From the NCBI GenBank assembly GCA_026770705.1, contig JANJGN010000008.1, forward strand, positions 50,220,001-50,284,000: 64,000 nucleotides of DNA. Reading direction: 5' to 3'. The notes beneath the pieces are model-generated. The model saw only the letters and a list, made by a program, of their open reading frames with translations, made no database searches and was not told the origin of the DNA. The position numbers and the translations under genes were made by a program. Position 1 is the stretch's first letter, and each line of letters starts with the position of its first letter. This DNA is from Isurus oxyrinchus. Taxonomy: Eukaryota. Below, one piece after another: positions 60,574-64,000 of the stretch.

Positions 60574-63500
60574 CTAAGCACACGAAAAATGTTTGAAAAA
60601 ATGCCATGCAAAAATTACTTACCCATGTGAAACCAGTGTAAACCAGTGTAAACTTTTCACCACTTTGTGGCTTTTATTCAGTCTAGCACTGAACATAAAC
60701 TATTCTACATTTGCTTTGTTCAATCTAATGAAGTATTTGCATTCCAGATATCAGTTTTGTAAGGTATCTGAAATTATTTGTCACGATTTTTTTGTCAGAG
60801 TAAGAGGGAAAGGAAAAAAAATTACATTAAAAATAGTCTCCTTTATGGCATTTCTAGAAAATGTTAAGCTTGGATATAGGGCAGAAGTACAAAAATAGCA
60901 AGATGGCTGAACAATATTAAGTCACTTTTAAAACTTGGTATTGTAATAATGTTTTAAATGATAATCTATTTCCATGTTTGAATGCTACAACTACATAACT
61001 CTTGCCCCCAGATATTATAAGCTTATCCAAATCAAACTTAAAGTGGCTCACAGGTCAACTGGAAAAGGCTGCCAAATAATGCAACTGTGGGGATTCAAAT
61101 TTTCTGAATATTTAGATAATTTACACTTGGACAATTTCTGTCAAGTACTAGAGGTCTAGACTAAATGTAATAGGGTGCAACAAAAGTGGCTATCTGAAGA
61201 AACTTTGACCAAAACTTTCTAATGGTAATAGTTCTCAATCGATATTTCATTTTGAATTAGACTAGGTAAATCACATTAACTGCTAGATAATTATTATCCA
61301 AAATCAGAAAAGATTCATGTGTATGTAAAGTTTTTAAAAATTGTTCCGTGTTTCTCTAGATTTCTTTTTAAAGAATTGCACAACAGAAATCATGCATGTA
61401 TTTTGAATACTATAACTTCTCCATTAACTTTATATGCTGATGCCACATGGAAAGAGATGCTAATGAACTTCAAATATACAAATATTTGAGGTTTGCAAAT
61501 TAAATTTTCACAGAAGACTATTTCAAGTTGACAGGTAAATTTTCCTCAATGGTTCCATCGTTTCATGCAATAAAGCTCATGGTGATGCTGGACAAGGAAA
61601 GCATCAGGCTTAATTTCTAGTCTTTTACAGAGTTAGTTAATCTCAGCTCAAGCAGCAGGGGCCAGGGTTGAGAAAGGGAAAAAAATAGGTAGAGTTTCCA
61701 TTCCTGATCATTATCCAAAGACCCTTGTTGGGAAACAATAATGTATGGATATTGGGCATGGACAGGATTAAGCTCCATCTTTGATAGCACTCATGTGAAG
61801 AGCATAATGACACTTCTACATCCATATCCCAACTTGACACTTAGCCCCTTTCACCCATCACCCCTGTGCTCAATGTCCTACATTGGTTCCTGATGCAGCA
61901 ACACCTCTATTTTAAATTTTCGTCTCTTATAGAATGCTTCAATGGCCCACTAGTTCCTAGCTCAGCACCTCTTCAACTCTACAATGCTCCAGTTCTAGTC
62001 TCTTGTACATTCTTGATCTCTCTACCATTCCTTCAGATGTCTTAGCCCTAGGCTCTGAAATTGCTTCCCTAAATTTCTCTGCCTCTCTCTCTCCTCCTTT
62101 AAGATACTTTCTAAAACCTAGTCCTTTGTCTAAGTTTTTGACCTGTCTTAATATCTCCTCATGTGACTGTCAAATTCTGTTTCGCAATGCTTCTATGAAG
62201 CATCTTGGGACCTTTAACTAAGCTAAAGGCACAATACAAATGCAAGTTACTGTTTCATGCTCACAGAGAGAACTCACTACTTGGACAAGACGGCAAAGGC
62301 AACCTGAACCCATAAAATTATAATTCAGAATGAACCATCCTCTTTAGGAAAGGCAGCAAGTTGATTAAGTATACTGAAAACTATTTCCAGATGAAAGACA
62401 TTAGTCAATAATAAAAACTAAAGATATTTCATAATCTTCATCTCTGAAAAGTACACATGCACATACTGTGCATCAATTTTTTTTGGTGAGGTATGGAGGA
62501 GAGAGTAAGTCCACCAGCAGTGAGCAGATATATTATGACAACAGTCTGAAAACAGCCAATTACAAAAGGCAGACCAAAGAAAACCGAGGAGGATACTGAA
62601 GCTTCAGTCTTAGCTGCTCGAATTCAAAATCCATTGAAATGGGAGGTCTGTTAGAAATTTAAAACAATTCATTAACTGACTCTTCTAATATGTTGAAGCA
62701 GAAATGAATCCTCAAAACTTTTAAACCTAATTTTCCTGCTAAGTTTTAATCATTGCCAAAGTAAAGAGCAAGACAGCTCTCAAAATTCAGCTGCCTGAAA
62801 AAAGGATTTTTTTTTTGCTTTAAAATAGCTGCTCGTAGACAAAGACACTCAATGTCTATTTACAGTAGGTCTGTAAGACTTCATGCCAGTGTATGGCCAG
62901 TTGACAACTAGCTAGCCCTCACTAACCCAAAGTGAGCAAATTTCTAGCACCTGTAGCATTTTGCTTTCCTGGAAGTGTTTTTGGCTTACAAAAACATTAA
63001 TATGAACTTTTACAAGAGAAACACCATCTTCATGCAAAAGCACTTGGCAAATGCTTTTTTGTTTGAATGTGCAAAGAACACCACATCATTTGCCACAACA
63101 TAGCATCCAAATGAAATGACATTTTTATGTTGTGTTTACACAAATGACAAAAATGATTGGCATTTCATTTTTCATGAAGACAATACCCCTTGAAATGTGA
63201 TACAAAACTAATTTGAATTGCAATCCTCTTCCAGGCATCTTTTAATTATGGAGCAAAGCTGCATTTTACAAAAAAACCATTAATTTTGGAGCGATGCTGC
63301 ATTTTACAATAAAAACTGGAGGTTTGAAACAAAAGCAAATGAATTTTCTGTAACTAAAATATTAGATATTAGATAGTCCAGTGTTCAGAAGCTCAATTAT
63401 CACTCAATTATCAATTTTCTCAATAATATTAATTTTACCATCAATATAATTCTTAATCTACTTTTTTCAAAATTAATTGCACTTATGTAAAACTAGTTAA

Positions 63501-64000
63501 GTAATGGGACAGGGCAATAGGAATAATTGCTGACAAGTGTCAACTATTAATTGGTTCTAAAGCTAAAACATTGTTTCCTCTGTCAATCATGTATTGTTTA
63601 ATGTCAATCACATAACAATCCAAAATGTACCGAAAAGGTCTTGCAAACAAGAGTGGCACAACACGGGTGGTGACCAGTTGGCTCATTATACATGTACTGA
63701 TATTAAAGTAACTTTAAAATTAAATGTGAGCAGGATGATTTCACAACTTGATAAAAATACAACAGTTCATATCTATCTTTTGCAGAAAATATTTAAAAAT
63801 TTAAATACTTCACATTATGCAGTCACCTGCTTAATATGCATCAAAAGCTGGATGCAAGGAAATTTACACAACAAAATTAGCAGCATGTTATTCACAATGT
63901 GAAATGAGAGATCAGGATATTAATTTACTAAACATATAATACTGAATTTGTTCAGTAGACTTATATATTTTATATCTGTTTATCTAAATTTATTTAACCT

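Noticed and set aside
60600-64000. Further ANKHD1 exon upstream of 60573
   Set aside because: No ankyrin-like translation or credible exon found; the intron continues past the window edge.

Overview
Vertebrate genomic DNA, most likely a cartilaginous fish (inferred from the CR1, Deu-domain SINE and Penelope repeat landscape). The window holds the 3' ~70% of one gene on the minus strand, ANKHD1 (MASK1; ankyrin repeat and KH domain protein 1). I traced 20 coding exons from 60573 down to the TAG stop at 1045-1047, with GT-AG boundaries and consistent reading phase (5477 nt, ~1824 codons). They encode the coiled-coil linker, second ankyrin cluster, basic NLS-like stretch, KH domain and S/P-rich tail. 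A short 3' UTR follows, with an AATAAA at 590-595. The introns carry a decayed Ty3/Gypsy provirus with both LTRs, PBS and PPT nested in a CR1 LINE, two probable solo LTRs, CR1/L2 fragments, Vingi-like LINE pieces, tRNA-derived, Deu-domain and LF-SINE-like SINEs, Harbinger-like MITEs, and several Penelope-like elements. The Penelope-like elements form inverted repeats with minimal hammerhead ribozyme motifs. I found no clearly new biological system. The best leads are the 1.7-kb Penelope fold-back with hammerheads, non-canonical hammerhead cores, candidate unannotated small exons in the repeat-poor 8-kb intron, and an LF-SINE-like element. All homology calls come from recalled motifs, not database searches.
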